Under the pieces are notes generated by a model. The model saw only the letters and a program-made list of their open reading frames with translations. It did not search any database and was not told where the DNA came from. The translations under genes and the position numbers were made by a program. From Terriglobia bacterium (GTDB taxonomy: Bacteria > Acidobacteriota > Terriglobia > 20CM-2-55-15), in contig CAXWPJ010000009.1 in assembly GCA_963664115.2 (NCBI GenBank), positions 352,001 through 416,000 of the forward strand: a stretch of DNA of 64,000 nucleotides, written 5' to 3'. This document shows, piece after piece, positions 1-10,423 of the stretch (the first letter of the stretch is position 1; every line of letters starts with the position of its first letter).

Positions 1-249
1 ATACGGCAGGTGCCGCTTCAACACATGCACGCCCTTGTCGATGGCTTCGATCAGCCCGGTCCGCCGCGCCACCAGTTGCATCGTCCCGATACCACCAACC
101 GATGTGCCCCGCGTCCGCTCTCCCATCTCGTACTGAATGTTGCTCGCCGAAAACATCGGCTCTACCTGATCCGTCCAATGCCGGTCCCCAAGCCGACGTT
201 CGATTCGCCGCTTGCGGTTCCTCATGTTCTTGCGCGTATAATCGTTCAT
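1..249 (-). CDS. IS1380-family transposase, N-terminal part (runs off the window start)
   Basis: Not in the ORF track. Manual translation of the minus strand from ATG 249 gives MNDYTRKNMRNRKRRIERRLGDRHWTDQVEPMFSASNIQYEMGERTRGTSVGGIGTMQLVARRTGLIEAIDKGVHVLKRHLPY, which resembles IS1380-type DDE transposase N-termini; the frame is open to position 1. Confidence 0.85.
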   Translation of the reverse strand, partial: MNDYTRKNMRNRKRRIERRLGDRHWTDQVEPMFSASNIQYEMGERTRGTSVGGIGTMQLVARRTGLIEAIDKGVHVLKRHLPY

Positions 250-369
250 CTGAAATGCCTCCTTTTCCGAAGAATCTGTTCAAGGTTTTTTTCGCACGGA
301 GACGGGGCATTTCGGGTACTTCCGCTCTTATTGCACTATCATTTCCTCGTCAATCACGCTTGTTCAGGG
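1..369 (-). mobile_element. IS1380-family insertion sequence, left end
   Basis: Transposase start plus a putative terminal IR (C)CCTGAACAAGCGTGATTGACG ending at ~368-370, exactly where the Omp85 protein sequence turns aberrant. Confidence 0.75.
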
Positions 370-2963
370 TCTAGTGGCGTCTCATACCGTATTCCGAAAC
401 CCGCTGTATGGGTGAAATCGCCAATATTAAAGTCGGATATGTACTGAAAAGTGGTGCCCGTATCGTAGAAAACCGTGCCTCCCAAGCCGGAAATCAGAAT
501 GGGTATCGGGAACCTGTACTCTGCGTTCAAAATCGCCAGTGCATTGCCGCCGCCATCGGTCCCTGCTTTGTCCAGTCCGAAAGCTCTCAGGGTTGTCGAT
601 CCACCGGCGAAATAGCGTTCGGTTATCGGTAACGACACTGTGTTCCCATACGGTTGGTTCCAACCGAACCGCAGCGACGCCGCAATGACCGTTTCCTTTG
701 CAGGACGGTAAATGCTCCCCTGGGTGAACAACGACACGTAGTTGATCTGGGACCCGAAATGTTCGCTCGCCAACCGCAGAGTTCCGGTAAAGTAATTTCC
801 CCGTCTTGGATTAATCGGATCGTTTCGGGTGTCACGGATATAGGATCCTCCGATACTTGCGATCTGAACGGTACCGGTTTCGTCGGGGAAACTTCCGGCC
901 CGCGGATTTACCCTAATATCGCGAAGGTTCACCGTCTCAAAACTGGCGGAAACCAACAGGCTGTCCTGACTGCCGAACTGTTTTAGAGATTGGAACGAGA
1001 AGTCGATCCGGTTGGCATCGAAAAACTGCCTCCGCGTGCGCTCGAAAAACAACGAAGCGAAACCGTCCACGTCCCAGTTGAAGAGTCTCGGTTCCCTGAA
1101 GGTGGTCTGAAACCTCTGTTCCCTCTGGCTGCCCCGAATTCTGAAGCTCAACGAGCGGTCCAGTCCCCAGAGGTTGCTGTGCGTAAGTTCGACCGTGCCG
1201 CGCAGACCCTCTCTGTCCTGAACTCCTACGCCATAGGTAAGCAACAGCGGACCCGCGTCCTCGAGTTGGATGAGAAGATCGCGTGTGCCGGGTTTATCCT
1301 GCTCAAGCGTAACGATGTCGACCCGATTAAAGAGACCTGTTGCGTACAATCGCTGCTGTGCCTGAAGAATCGTTTCCGGGTCGTAGGCGTCACCCGCGGC
1401 GAGTTGGCTGTTACGGTGAACGACTTTGTCCCGCGTACGGGTATTGCCAGCGACAAATATCGTACCAATCGCATAAGGTTTACCCTCATCAAGACTGTAG
1501 CTTATGTCAACGCGATCCCCGTCGGCGCTCTGATCAACGCTGGATCGCACCCGGACATCGGGGTATCCAAGCCCGTGGTAGTCCGAGGTGATCGCGGCCC
1601 GGACTCCTTCCACGGCGGCCGGAGAATAGATGCCCCCCGAATCGAAATTTGCGATGCGGTCCAGGTCGGCATCCTCGAGCACCGTGTTTCCGAGGAAGTA
1701 CACGTTGCCGATCTCAAGCTGGCTTCCCTCTTCAACCTGTAACACCGCAGAAATCGCATTCCCTTCGATCGAATATTCGGGTTCGACGCGAGTCGCCGCA
1801 AATCCGGCCGCCGTATACATTCTCACAATTGTCTCGGCGGCTTCTGTGAGCAGTTCCGGGCTAAAAATGCCCTGGCTGAACAGGCCATTCCGCGAAATCC
1901 CGATAGCGTCATACATGAGATCTTCATCAAAAAATGTATGCCCCTCGATCCTTACTTCACGAACGGAGTAGCGCTCACCTGAAATTACGATGTAGTTGAT
2001 TTGAAACGCATTGTCTCGCGGTGCGGCAATCAGTTCCGCTGTAACCGAAGCTTCGAAGTAGCCCTCCTGGCGGAGGTGTTCCAACAGGCCGATCCGGCCT
2101 TCTTCGATCAGATCGGGGTCGACGCTGCCTTCCTCGAAGACCGGAATCAATTCGCGGAGTACGGAATCCTCCAACTCATAACCTCGAAGCTGTACCAGCG
2201 TAAACGGTCCGGGTTCAGCAACAACTCGAAGGTCTACCATGTTCTCAGCCTCGTCATAGCTCACAAAAAAGTCGACCCGGGTATTTAGAAATCCCAGTTC
2301 GGCAAAGTCGGAACGGATATTTTCCCTGCCTGCTTCAATACCCTCGACGATAAACGCGTCACCCGCTTCCACGCCAAAAGAGTTTCCGATCTCGGCTTCG
2401 CTAAAGGTCTGTTCGCCGCCTTCAAAATCAATGGTTCGGATCCGTGCCGGAGTACCGACACCGACCGCGACAGTGACCGTAACAAGCCTGCTCTGGTCGT
2501 CAAACTCGTAAGTCGGTTCGACATCGACCTGAAAATATCCCTCCCTTTCAAGCTGCTCACTCACTGACGCTACGATCTCGTCCAACTGGGTTCTGGAAAA
2601 GCGCTCGCCGTGAGGTAGATTCAGATAATTGGACAACGGTCGTTCCAGAAGATTGGCGGGACTCAGCACAACCGTCGCCAGAAAGTAGGGCTCTTCGACA
2701 AGAAAAGTCAGTGCTGTCGTACCATCGGGTGCTTCCGAAGCGTCGACGTTGATACGGCCATAGCCCCCCGAGTCGAACAAAGCCTGTATGGAGGCGTGGA
2801 TGGCCTCCCCGCTCAGAACATCGCCCGACCGGATGGGAATGACTTCAAGCAGAGTCCGAGGGGCGCCTTCGATCGCAATCGTCCCCACGGACGCGGGGTC
2901 GGGCTGTTGCGCGGCCAGCGCCAGAGGGAAGAGTACCCAGGACATGAGGCCGATCATCCTCAT
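354..2963 (-). CDS. Omp85-family (BamA/TamA-like) outer-membrane protein with multiple POTRA domains, C-terminally truncated by IS
   Basis: Signal peptide, repeated POTRA motifs (GNTRTRDKVV, RLYATGLF), barrel motifs YFAGGSTTLRAF and GFGIRYETPL; ends DPEQA* instead of the usual GP.R.D...F terminal strands. Start codon uncertain (2957-3026). Confidence 0.85.
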   Translation of the reverse strand: MRMIGLMSWVLFPLALAAQQPDPASVGTIAIEGAPRTLLEVIPIRSGDVLSGEAIHASIQALFDSGGYGRINVDASEAPDGTTALTFLVEEPYFLATVVLSPANLLERPLSNYLNLPHGERFSRTQLDEIVASVSEQLEREGYFQVDVEPTYEFDDQSRLVTVTVAVGVGTPARIRTIDFEGGEQTFSEAEIGNSFGVEAGDAFIVEGIEAGRENIRSDFAELGFLNTRVDFFVSYDEAENMVDLRVVAEPGPFTLVQLRGYELEDSVLRELIPVFEEGSVDPDLIEEGRIGLLEHLRQEGYFEASVTAELIAAPRDNAFQINYIVISGERYSVREVRIEGHTFFDEDLMYDAIGISRNGLFSQGIFSPELLTEAAETIVRMYTAAGFAATRVEPEYSIEGNAISAVLQVEEGSQLEIGNVYFLGNTVLEDADLDRIANFDSGGIYSPAAVEGVRAAITSDYHGLGYPDVRVRSSVDQSADGDRVDISYSLDEGKPYAIGTIFVAGNTRTRDKVVHRNSQLAAGDAYDPETILQAQQRLYATGLFNRVDIVTLEQDKPGTRDLLIQLEDAGPLLLTYGVGVQDREGLRGTVELTHSNLWGLDRSLSFRIRGSQREQRFQTTFREPRLFNWDVDGFASLFFERTRRQFFDANRIDFSFQSLKQFGSQDSLLVSASFETVNLRDIRVNPRAGSFPDETGTVQIASIGGSYIRDTRNDPINPRRGNYFTGTLRLASEHFGSQINYVSLFTQGSIYRPAKETVIAASLRFGWNQPYGNTVSLPITERYFAGGSTTLRAFGLDKAGTDGGGNALAILNAEYRFPIPILISGLGGTVFYDTGTTFQYISDFNIGDFTHTAGFGIRYETPLDPEQA

Positions 2964-3038
2964 AAGAACCTTTGACGGGAGGAACCCCCCAATCGACACC
3001 AACAAAAAACCGGACACCCGCAGCAAAAGCTCGACGCC

Positions 3039-3071
3039 AAAAGAAAAAAGCCCTACTTACGCAGGGCTTTT
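3039..3071 (-). terminator. Intrinsic terminator after rpmB
   Basis: AAAAGCCCT-GCGTAAGT-AGGGCTTTTTTCTTTT on the minus strand. Confidence 0.8.
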
Positions 3072-3096
3072 CACATTGATCTTGAGCTAGAAAGAA

Positions 3097-3288
3097 TCAA
3101 GCGGGCTTGGTGATTCGGCCGTTTCGAATGCAACTCGTGCATACCCGCATCCGCTTCGGCGTCTTGCCCACAAGGGCTCTCACCCGCTGCAGATTGGGGT
3201 TCCATCGTCGATTGGTCAGGTTGTGGGCGTGGCTGACTCGGTGCCCGTACATTGGGCCTTTCCCACAAATTTCGCATCGCTTTGCCAT
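3097..3288 (-). CDS. rpmB: 50S ribosomal protein L28
   Basis: [31 protein letters not shown]...CTSC, the zinc-ribbon L28 type. Confidence 0.97.
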   Translation of the reverse strand: MAKRCEICGKGPMYGHRVSHAHNLTNRRWNPNLQRVRALVGKTPKRMRVCTSCIRNGRITKPA

Positions 3289-3361
3289 GAACCTTGAATC
3301 CTCTCTCTGGCAATAGCCGACTGTGGACCTGTTATAGTCCTAGACCTTCACCAAGCCGTAA

Positions 3362-3390
3362 ATTATACCAGACAGGGCGGTTGGGCTCAA
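3362..3390 (-). promoter_or_regulatory. Sigma70-type promoter of rpmB
   Basis: TTGAGC-17 nt-TATAAT on the minus strand, with TG extended -10. Confidence 0.65.
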
Positions 3391-3474
3391 TGTGACGATG
3401 GTAGAAATCCTTGATCCAAGACCTCAAGCAGGTGCTAGAATATCCTGACATTCTTTAATTGTGGAGTATTCTCA

Positions 3475-4509
3475 GTGAAATCAGGTCTTCCAATCATCTT
3501 AGCAGCAAGCGTAGCGTTTCTTTTCTCTGCGTGTTCAGGAGTATCAACCCCTTCTGCCGACGCTGTCGCCCGCGTCAACGGTGTCGACCTGACAGTGGAC
3601 GATCTCGACAAGAGACTTGTAGCCAGCCTGGTGGGAGTGGAGCCCGCCCCAGAGGAAGAAGCACTTGAGGCGCTCCGACTGCAACTGTTGACCGAGATGA
3701 TCGGCAACGAGATTCTTCTGCAGATGGCCGCTGCAGATACGTTGACGGCCACCGACGCCGAAATCGACGTGGAGTACAACAATTTCAAAAATCAGTATTC
3801 CCTGGAACGGTTCGAAGAAGTCCTCAGCCAACAACAGATGTCAACGGACGACCTGAGGGACCAGCTTCGCATGTCGCTGACGATCGATAAGCTTCTCAAC
3901 AAGGAAATAACCTCCAAAATTTCGGTTGCAGACGCCGACATCGCCGAATTCTTCGAGACGAACAGGACCAGCTTCGATCTTCCGGAGTCGTTTCACTTCG
4001 CACACATCCTGGTCACGGCGGTCGCCGAGCAGGGTATCACCAACCTCGAAGGCGACGACGCCACGACTGAGGAGGAGGCCCTCGACAAGGCGACTCGGCT
4101 TCTCCGGGATATCCAGGGTGGTCGGGACTTCGGCACCGTTGCCCGGCAGTACTCTGAAGACCCGTCAACTGCACCTGCAGGTGGTGATCTGAACTTTCAG
4201 CCGATAGAATCCATCGCGGCGCTCGACCCGGTCCTAGCCGAAGCGATTCTGGAAATGAGGGAAGGTGAAACCTACCCGCAGATCCTGCCGACACGCTTTG
4301 GATTCCATCTCTTGAAGTTGTTCGAAGTAGATGAAGGCGGCCAGAAGGAGTTGTCTGATCCCCAGGTGGAAGCCCAGATTCGGCAGATACTATTCGATCA
4401 GCAGGACCAGATACTCAGAACGGCCTACTACGAGACGATCCGAAATGCCGCAAGGATCGAAAATCTCCTGGCGCAACGCATCCTCGACCAAGCCGGACCC
4501 TCCTCCTAA
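3475..4509 (+). CDS. PpiC/parvulin-type peptidylprolyl isomerase lipoprotein (SurA/PrsA-like)
   Basis: Lipobox LFSAC, SurA_N-like region, HILV, ARQYSEDP..GGDL and TRFGFHLLK motifs. Confidence 0.9.
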   Translation: MKSGLPIILAASVAFLFSACSGVSTPSADAVARVNGVDLTVDDLDKRLVASLVGVEPAPEEEALEALRLQLLTEMIGNEILLQMAAADTLTATDAEIDVEYNNFKNQYSLERFEEVLSQQQMSTDDLRDQLRMSLTIDKLLNKEITSKISVADADIAEFFETNRTSFDLPESFHFAHILVTAVAEQGITNLEGDDATTEEEALDKATRLLRDIQGGRDFGTVARQYSEDPSTAPAGGDLNFQPIESIAALDPVLAEAILEMREGETYPQILPTRFGFHLLKLFEVDEGGQKELSDPQVEAQIRQILFDQQDQILRTAYYETIRNAARIENLLAQRILDQAGPSS

Positions 4510-4681
4510 GAAATCAACTGCAGATAGGTAGACACAGGTTGTGCACCCGCATGCCGGAACATCCGCCTTGCTTTGACACCTGTTCCGTCAATTTCAGCCC
4601 ACCGGGAGACCCTCCTAAGTAGACCCGTCGGCTTCCGGAACAGGGCAATCATTCGGGAATTGAGCTATCCTTGGCATTTAG

Positions 4682-5452
4682 ATGACATACGTTATCGACA
4701 ACCTTTCTTTCGCGTATTCCCAGAGCCGTGTAGTCGAAAGCCTTTCCCTCAGTATCAAAGCCGGAGAGTTCCTCGCCATCATCGGTCCCAACGGCGCTGG
4801 AAAGTCGACGCTGCTCAAGTTGATGGCGGGTCTTCTCTCCGGCTTCCAGGGATCCGTCAATTTCATGGGCAAATCCATCGTCGACTACAAACCCGCGGAA
4901 CTGGCCCGGAAAGTAGCGTTCGTTCCGCAGGAAACACACGTTGTGTTTCCTTTTACGGTTGATGAAATGATCCTGATGGGTCGCATGCCTTATCGGCAGA
5001 GCTTCTTGTTCGATACAGAAACCGACGATCAGTTCGTGCGGCAGGCGATGGCGCTCACGCAAACCGAACATCTGACTGGCAAGCTGTTTGCCGAGATCAG
5101 TGGTGGTGAGCGGCAACGCGTCGTCCTGGCAAGCGCGCTGGCACAAACTCCTGAAGTGCTGCTACTGGACGAACCGACTGTCTACCTGGACCTGAAGCAC
5201 CAGATCCAGTTCTACGAGATTCTGGCGCGCCTCAACACCCGGCAGCACATGACCGTCGTAGCGGTAACTCACGACATCAACCTGGCGTCCCGCCACGCAG
5301 GAAGACTGATCGCGATTCGTGAGGGTGTGATCGTAACCGAAGGGACCTCCGATCAGGTTTTGACCGCAGAGAAGCTACATGAAATCTTTGGAATCACAGC
5401 CGACATCGTCGAACGCCCTGACGGTGGACGATTCGTCATACCGTCCGCGTAA
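4682..5452 (+). CDS. Iron-siderophore/cobalamin ABC transporter ATP-binding protein
   Basis: Walker A GPNGAGKST, ISGGERQR, LLLDEPT, THDINLA. Confidence 0.92.
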   Translation: MTYVIDNLSFAYSQSRVVESLSLSIKAGEFLAIIGPNGAGKSTLLKLMAGLLSGFQGSVNFMGKSIVDYKPAELARKVAFVPQETHVVFPFTVDEMILMGRMPYRQSFLFDTETDDQFVRQAMALTQTEHLTGKLFAEISGGERQRVVLASALAQTPEVLLLDEPTVYLDLKHQIQFYEILARLNTRQHMTVVAVTHDINLASRHAGRLIAIREGVIVTEGTSDQVLTAEKLHEIFGITADIVERPDGGRFVIPSA

Positions 5453-6455
5453 GGCCGGCCTGACTCCCGCCCGGTTCCTGGTTACCGTTGGCCCCTGTGC
5501 GCTGTTCCTGGGCCTGGTTTTGCTCATAACACCCTGGATTGGATCAGCCGGTATAACTTGGGCACGCGTCTGGGAAGGGCTGAGTCCCGATCGCGAGATC
5601 TTTCTCATTGCACGACTCCCGCGGATTCTTTTCGGTGCGCTGGCAGGTGGATCTCTGGCCGTAGCGGGAGTCCTGTTTCAGGCAATTCTACGGAACGCGC
5701 TCGCAACTCCGTTCACGCTGGGAGTGTCGAGCGGAAGTTCTTTCGGGGCCGTATTCGCCATCTGGCTCGGCCTGGATATTGTTTTCTTCGGAATCCCGAT
5801 CGTCTCGGTTGCAGCGTTCGCCGGAGCCCTGTTTACGATATTGCTGGTCTTCCTGATCGCCCGGAGCCGCCACGCTCTTCCGACATTTACGTTGCTGCTT
5901 GCGGGCGTCACCTTGAACTTCGTGTTTGCAGCTCTCATTCTATTCATCCATTTTGCGGCAGCCGATTTTAACGAGTCGTTCCTGATGGTGCGATGGATGA
6001 TGGGCGGCGTCAGCGACGTAAGTTACTCCATGATCGCCAAAACCGCCCCGTTAATCGTCGTATCGGTCCTTCTGCTACTCGCATACGCCGCTCAACTGAA
6101 TCCCCTTGCTGCGGGTGAGGATTGGGCCACGACACGCGGGGTCAACGTGGAACATCTGAAGCGCGTCTGCTATGTCGGGGGATCGCTTTTGACAGCGACG
6201 ATCACAGCTGTCACCGGTCCTATCGGGTTCGTGGGATTGATCGTACCCCATTCACTACGCCTGATAGCGGGTCCGGATCACCGCATCCTGATTCCAGGAG
6301 CGTTTTTCGCCGGGGGCGGATTTCTCGTGCTCTGCGATACGATGGCCCGAACCCTGTTTGCGCCGACCGAAATACCGGTGGGCGTGATCACGGCCCTGCT
6401 CGGCGGACCTTTCTTTATCGTCCTGTTAAAGCAGAGAAAAGGCGATCTTTTCTAA
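5424..6455 (+). CDS. FecCD/BtuC-family ABC permease
   Basis: RLPR, LRNALATPFTLGVSSG, GPIGFVGLIVPH and EIPVGVITALLGGPFF motifs; start uncertain (5379 or 5424). Confidence 0.92.
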   Translation: MDDSSYRPRKAGLTPARFLVTVGPCALFLGLVLLITPWIGSAGITWARVWEGLSPDREIFLIARLPRILFGALAGGSLAVAGVLFQAILRNALATPFTLGVSSGSSFGAVFAIWLGLDIVFFGIPIVSVAAFAGALFTILLVFLIARSRHALPTFTLLLAGVTLNFVFAALILFIHFAAADFNESFLMVRWMMGGVSDVSYSMIAKTAPLIVVSVLLLLAYAAQLNPLAAGEDWATTRGVNVEHLKRVCYVGGSLLTATITAVTGPIGFVGLIVPHSLRLIAGPDHRILIPGAFFAGGGFLVLCDTMARTLFAPTEIPVGVITALLGGPFFIVLLKQRKGDLF

Positions 6456-6471
6456 CTCCAGAAAGGAAGAA

Positions 6472-6558
6472 CGGAGAGGGGGGGATTCGAACCCCCGGCA
6501 CGGTTACCCGTGCAACTGCTTAGCAGGCAGCCCTGTTCAGCCACTCCAGCACCTCTCC
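6472..6558 (-). tRNA. tRNA-Ser (GCT)
   Basis: Minus strand GGAGAGGTGCTGGAGTGGCTGAACAGGGCTGCCTGCTAAGCAGT..GGGGGTTCGAATCCCCCCCTCTCCG; anticodon loop CTGCTAA, long variable arm, CCA not encoded. Confidence 0.95.
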
Positions 6559-6724
6559 AAGGGCAAGTCTCATGGGACACCTACACCCGAATTCAGCGAC
6601 CGGGGATTGACACGCTTGCGCTGAAATGAATGGGCTGTCCTCTTGAAATATCCTTTCAATTATAGGAGACCCCGATCCAAAAAACCACCGCAGGGTCAAG
6701 GTCTAGGCTATTCTAAGCACTAGT

Positions 6725-7189
6725 ATGGAGACTCGACTCGCATTGTTTATCGCGCTCGTCTTCCTGGCTCTTTTTTGGAACACGCTGCTGTTGTGGTTCG
6801 TCTATCGCGCTCTGGCACGATCCACAGACCAGGTATCCCGATATCAGCACCATTGCTATCGATTGATCAAGGGATTGGGCGTTACACTCGAAAAGGCCGA
6901 ACTGGCTTCCGGCAGGGCCGCCGAGTGGTCGGGGCAGATCCGGGAAAGAGTCGTCGATGCGGGTGGAAACGTCAATCGTGTCGAGAACTGGCTCGGATAC
7001 GGCATGGCGAAACTCGACTTCAATGTCGACCGGGTCTCAAAGGATATCACCGGCAGGGTGGACCGGATTCAGGCAGCGGTCTCCGAGCCCCTATTTCGTA
7101 CCGGAACGGTGTTTCAAGGCATCCGGGCCTTTCTTGAACTGCTCACATTGGGCCAGCCCGATCAAGAGGGGCGTAACCCTCGCTCTTAG
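6725..7189 (+). CDS. Hypothetical protein (N-terminal TM helix, then helical/coiled-coil region)
   Basis: Hydrophobic N-terminal 25 aa; fills the gap between the tRNA and galE. Confidence 0.65.
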   Translation: METRLALFIALVFLALFWNTLLLWFVYRALARSTDQVSRYQHHCYRLIKGLGVTLEKAELASGRAAEWSGQIRERVVDAGGNVNRVENWLGYGMAKLDFNVDRVSKDITGRVDRIQAAVSEPLFRTGTVFQGIRAFLELLTLGQPDQEGRNPRS

Positions 7190-7193
7190 CCTG

Positions 7194-8171
7194 CTAGCAA
7201 CCTTTCCTTTTCTTCAACCAATTCCAGGCTGTTTCCACGATGGTGTGGACTGAGCTATGGCTGGGCGACCAATCGAGCAATGCGCTCGCCTTGTCGGGGG
7301 CCGCGACAAGACGGGGAGGGTCGCCCTCTCGACGGGGACCTTCGGTCGCCGTGACCTCCCGTTGGGTCACTGTCCGCGCGGCCTCGATGACTTCTCGAAC
7401 TGACACTCCTGTCCCCGTTCCTAAATTGAGCGCCTGGGACGCTATCGTTCCTTCCATAAGCATGCGGAGCGCGGTGACATGTGCCTCGGCCAGATCCGTG
7501 ACGTGCACGTAGTCTCGAACGCAAGTGCCATCGGGCGTCGGATAGTCCGTCCCATGGATAACCACATCACTGCGGAGTCGGGCCGCAGCCTCCAGGACCA
7601 GGGGGATCAAGTGCGTCTCCGGAACGTGATCTTCTCCGTAAGATCCATTGGGATCGGCCCCGGCAGCGTTGAAGTAGCGGAGGGACAAGTGCCGGAGTCC
7701 ATACGCGGGACCGAACCAGGACATGGCTCTCTCGAAGGCGAGCTTCGATTCACCATAGGGATTGATGGGGTTCTGGGGATGATCCTCAGCAATCGATTCG
7801 GTCTCCGGCACACCGTAGGTAGCACAGGTGGAAGAAAAAACAAGCGGTCGGACTCCGGCCGCGGCCATCGCCCGCAAGAGGTTCAAACCACCACCGACGT
7901 TAGTTTCGTAGTAGAGCTCGGGGTGCTTCCGGGATTCGGCAACCAGGGCCTTGCCGGCGAAGTGCAGGACGCCTTCAATGGCATAGCTGGAAAACACTTT
8001 CTCGATGTCTTCGAAGCGGCGGATGTCCCCTTCGATGAGCGGGACGTCGCTGACAAAATCCCTGTGCCCTGTGGAAAAATCGTCGAAAACCAGCGTCTCG
8101 AATCCCTCGCGCCCGAGAGCCTGTATCGTGTGCCGCCCTATGTAACCGGCCCCTCCTGTCACGAGGATCAC
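7194..8171 (-). CDS. galE: UDP-glucose 4-epimerase
   Basis: [42 protein letters not shown]. Confidence 0.95.
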   Translation of the reverse strand: MILVTGGAGYIGRHTIQALGREGFETLVFDDFSTGHRDFVSDVPLIEGDIRRFEDIEKVFSSYAIEGVLHFAGKALVAESRKHPELYYETNVGGGLNLLRAMAAAGVRPLVFSSTCATYGVPETESIAEDHPQNPINPYGESKLAFERAMSWFGPAYGLRHLSLRYFNAAGADPNGSYGEDHVPETHLIPLVLEAAARLRSDVVIHGTDYPTPDGTCVRDYVHVTDLAEAHVTALRMLMEGTIASQALNLGTGTGVSVREVIEAARTVTQREVTATEGPRREGDPPRLVAAPDKASALLDWSPSHSSVHTIVETAWNWLKKRKGC

Positions 8172-9118
8172 GACTTCAATTTCCGTCGAAAGTAATCAAT
8201 TGTCAGTCCGAGACCCTGCTCGATGTCCACCCGGGGTTCCCAATCGAGATGTTCACGTGCGCGGCCGATGTTCGGACAGCGAACCTTTGGATCGTCCTCA
8301 GGAAGTTTCTTAGCGACGATTTCGCTCGGACTACCCGTAAGCTTGAGAATCCTTCGGGCAAGTTCCGTTACGGTGTGTTCTATGGGATTTCCAATGTTTA
8401 TCGGCATCCCGATACCGTCGGAAGAGACGGCTTCGGTCAGCCGCATGATGCCGTCGATTGTGTCCGTGACATAGGCAAAGCTTCGGGTTTGCCCTCCATC
8501 GCCATAGACGGTGAGAGGCTCCCTCTTGAGGGCCTGGACGATGAAGTTGGATACGACCCGTCCATCCGAGATACGCATGCGGGGGCCATAGGTATTAAAG
8601 ATACGTACAATACGCGTGTCCACAGCATGGTAACGCCGGTACGCCATGGTCATAGCTTCGGCAAAGCGCTTCGCCTCGTCGTAAACACCCCGCGGCCCCA
8701 CCGGGTTCACGTTTCCCCAATATTCTTCAGCTTGTGGGTTGGTCAGCGGATCGCCATAGACCTCTGAAGTGCTGGCAAGCACAAAGCGGGCGCTCTTCGC
8801 CATCGCGAGCCCGAGAGCATTGTGCGTGCCCAGAGATCCAACTTTGAGCGTCTGAATCGGCATTTTCAGATAATCTTCAGGCGAGGCCGGGGACGCGAAG
8901 TGAAGAACGATATCCACGGGCTCGTCGACGTCAATGTACGTGGTCACGTTGTGCTCAACGAAGGAAAACTGGGGATTGCCGTTCAGGTGTTGGATATTGT
9001 CAGCACTGCCTGTGAGCAGGTTGTCGAGACAGACCACCGCATAACCGGCCTCGAGCAGGCGGTCACACAAGTGGCTTCCCAGAAATCCGGCTCCGCCGGT
9101 GACCACCGCACGTTTCAT
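8168..9118 (-). CDS. UDP-glucuronate decarboxylase (UXS-like SDR)
   Basis: [47 protein letters not shown]. Confidence 0.92.
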   Translation of the reverse strand: MKRAVVTGGAGFLGSHLCDRLLEAGYAVVCLDNLLTGSADNIQHLNGNPQFSFVEHNVTTYIDVDEPVDIVLHFASPASPEDYLKMPIQTLKVGSLGTHNALGLAMAKSARFVLASTSEVYGDPLTNPQAEEYWGNVNPVGPRGVYDEAKRFAEAMTMAYRRYHAVDTRIVRIFNTYGPRMRISDGRVVSNFIVQALKREPLTVYGDGGQTRSFAYVTDTIDGIMRLTEAVSSDGIGMPINIGNPIEHTVTELARRILKLTGSPSEIVAKKLPEDDPKVRCPNIGRAREHLDWEPRVDIEQGLGLTIDYFRRKLKS

Positions 9119-9121
9119 CTA

Positions 9122-10420
9122 CTACTTCCTGCCGATGCCGTAGTAGGTGAATCCCATCTCTCGCATGTTTTCAGGGTCGTACACATTGCGGCCGTCGAAG
9201 ACGGTAGCCTGGCGCATCGCATCCTTCATCCGGTCGAAGTTCGGGTTGCGAAAAGCCTGCCATTCCGTAATTAAAAGCAGCGCATCGGCTCCGGTAAGAC
9301 ATTCGTAATCGCTGCCGGCAAATTCCACGCGAGACGCGAACACTTTCCGGGCCTCATCCATGGCCTCCGGGTCATAGGCAACGACCGTAGCTCCACCGTT
9401 GAGAAGCCCTTTGATAATATCGATTGAGGGCGCTTCCCGAATGTCGTTCGTTCGCGGCTTGAAAGCAAGCCCCCATATGGCCAGCCGCTTCCCGGCCACA
9501 TCGCCATCAAAGTGAGCAATAACCCGTTCGAGAAAGCGCACGCGCTGGTGGGCGTTGACGCGGGCAACGGCTTCGAGGATGCGCAGCGGATAGTCCTGAC
9601 GGCGGCCGCTCGCAATCAAAGCCTCAACGTCCTTGGGAAAGCAACTCCCGCCAAATCCAAGGCCGGGGAACAAAAACGACGAACCGATCCGCCGATCAAG
9701 ACCCATACCACGCCGGACCAACTCGACATCCGCACCCGAATACTCGCAGAGGTTGGCAATTTCGTTCATGAACGAAACGCGTGTTGCCAGATATGCATTG
9801 GAAGCATACTTGGTCATCTCCGCCGTCCGTATATCTGTGATAAGAACCGGGCTACCGGTGCGAACGAACGGAGCGTACAGCTCCCGCAGGACTTCGGCCG
9901 CACGCACGTCCTCCACTCCGAGAACGACGCGGTCCGGTTTCATAAAATCTTCGACCGCGGCCCCTTCTTTCATGAATTCAGGATTCGATACGACATCAAA
10001 CGGCTGGTCCGTTTCGGCGCGGATAAGATCCCGAATCTGTTCAGTCATTCCGACCGGAACCGTCGACTTCATCACGACCACTTTGAAATCCTTCATCGAT
10101 CGGCCGATTCCTGCGGCCACACTCCGGACAGCCGTGAGATCGATTTCTCCCCCTGCCTGGGGCGTTCCGACGGCAACAAACAGTACGAACGACTTCTTGA
10201 CGGCCGCCGCAAGGTCGCTTGTGAAACTGAGGCGACCCTGGGTCAAATTCCGTTGAACGATCTCGGGCAGGCCCGGCTCGTAAATGGGCATCTTACCTTT
10301 GGACAAAGCCTTGACCTTGTCCTGGTCGCTGTCGACACAGATAACGTCATTGCCGCTCTCAGCAAAGCACGCACCGGCGACCAGGCCAACGTAACCCGTA
10401 CCGATAACCGCGATATTCAC
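9122..10420 (-). CDS. ugd: UDP-glucose 6-dehydrogenase
   Basis: [33 protein letters not shown]. Confidence 0.95.
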   Translation of the reverse strand: MNIAVIGTGYVGLVAGACFAESGNDVICVDSDQDKVKALSKGKMPIYEPGLPEIVQRNLTQGRLSFTSDLAAAVKKSFVLFVAVGTPQAGGEIDLTAVRSVAAGIGRSMKDFKVVVMKSTVPVGMTEQIRDLIRAETDQPFDVVSNPEFMKEGAAVEDFMKPDRVVLGVEDVRAAEVLRELYAPFVRTGSPVLITDIRTAEMTKYASNAYLATRVSFMNEIANLCEYSGADVELVRRGMGLDRRIGSSFLFPGLGFGGSCFPKDVEALIASGRRQDYPLRILEAVARVNAHQRVRFLERVIAHFDGDVAGKRLAIWGLAFKPRTNDIREAPSIDIIKGLLNGGATVVAYDPEAMDEARKVFASRVEFAGSDYECLTGADALLLITEWQAFRNPNFDRMKDAMRQATVFDGRNVYDPENMREMGFTYYGIGRK

Positions 10421-10423
10421 CGC

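Noticed and set aside
10-447. Plus-strand ORFs 10-447 and 102-374
   Set aside because: They are antisense shadows of the IS1380 transposase and IS end.
4510-4682. Cobalamin riboswitch upstream of the ABC genes
   Set aside because: No recognisable GGGAA...CCCGC.ACTG or B12-box elements.
6456-6558. tRNA-Ser as an integration site
   Set aside because: No integrase and no duplicated tRNA 3' end seen in the window.
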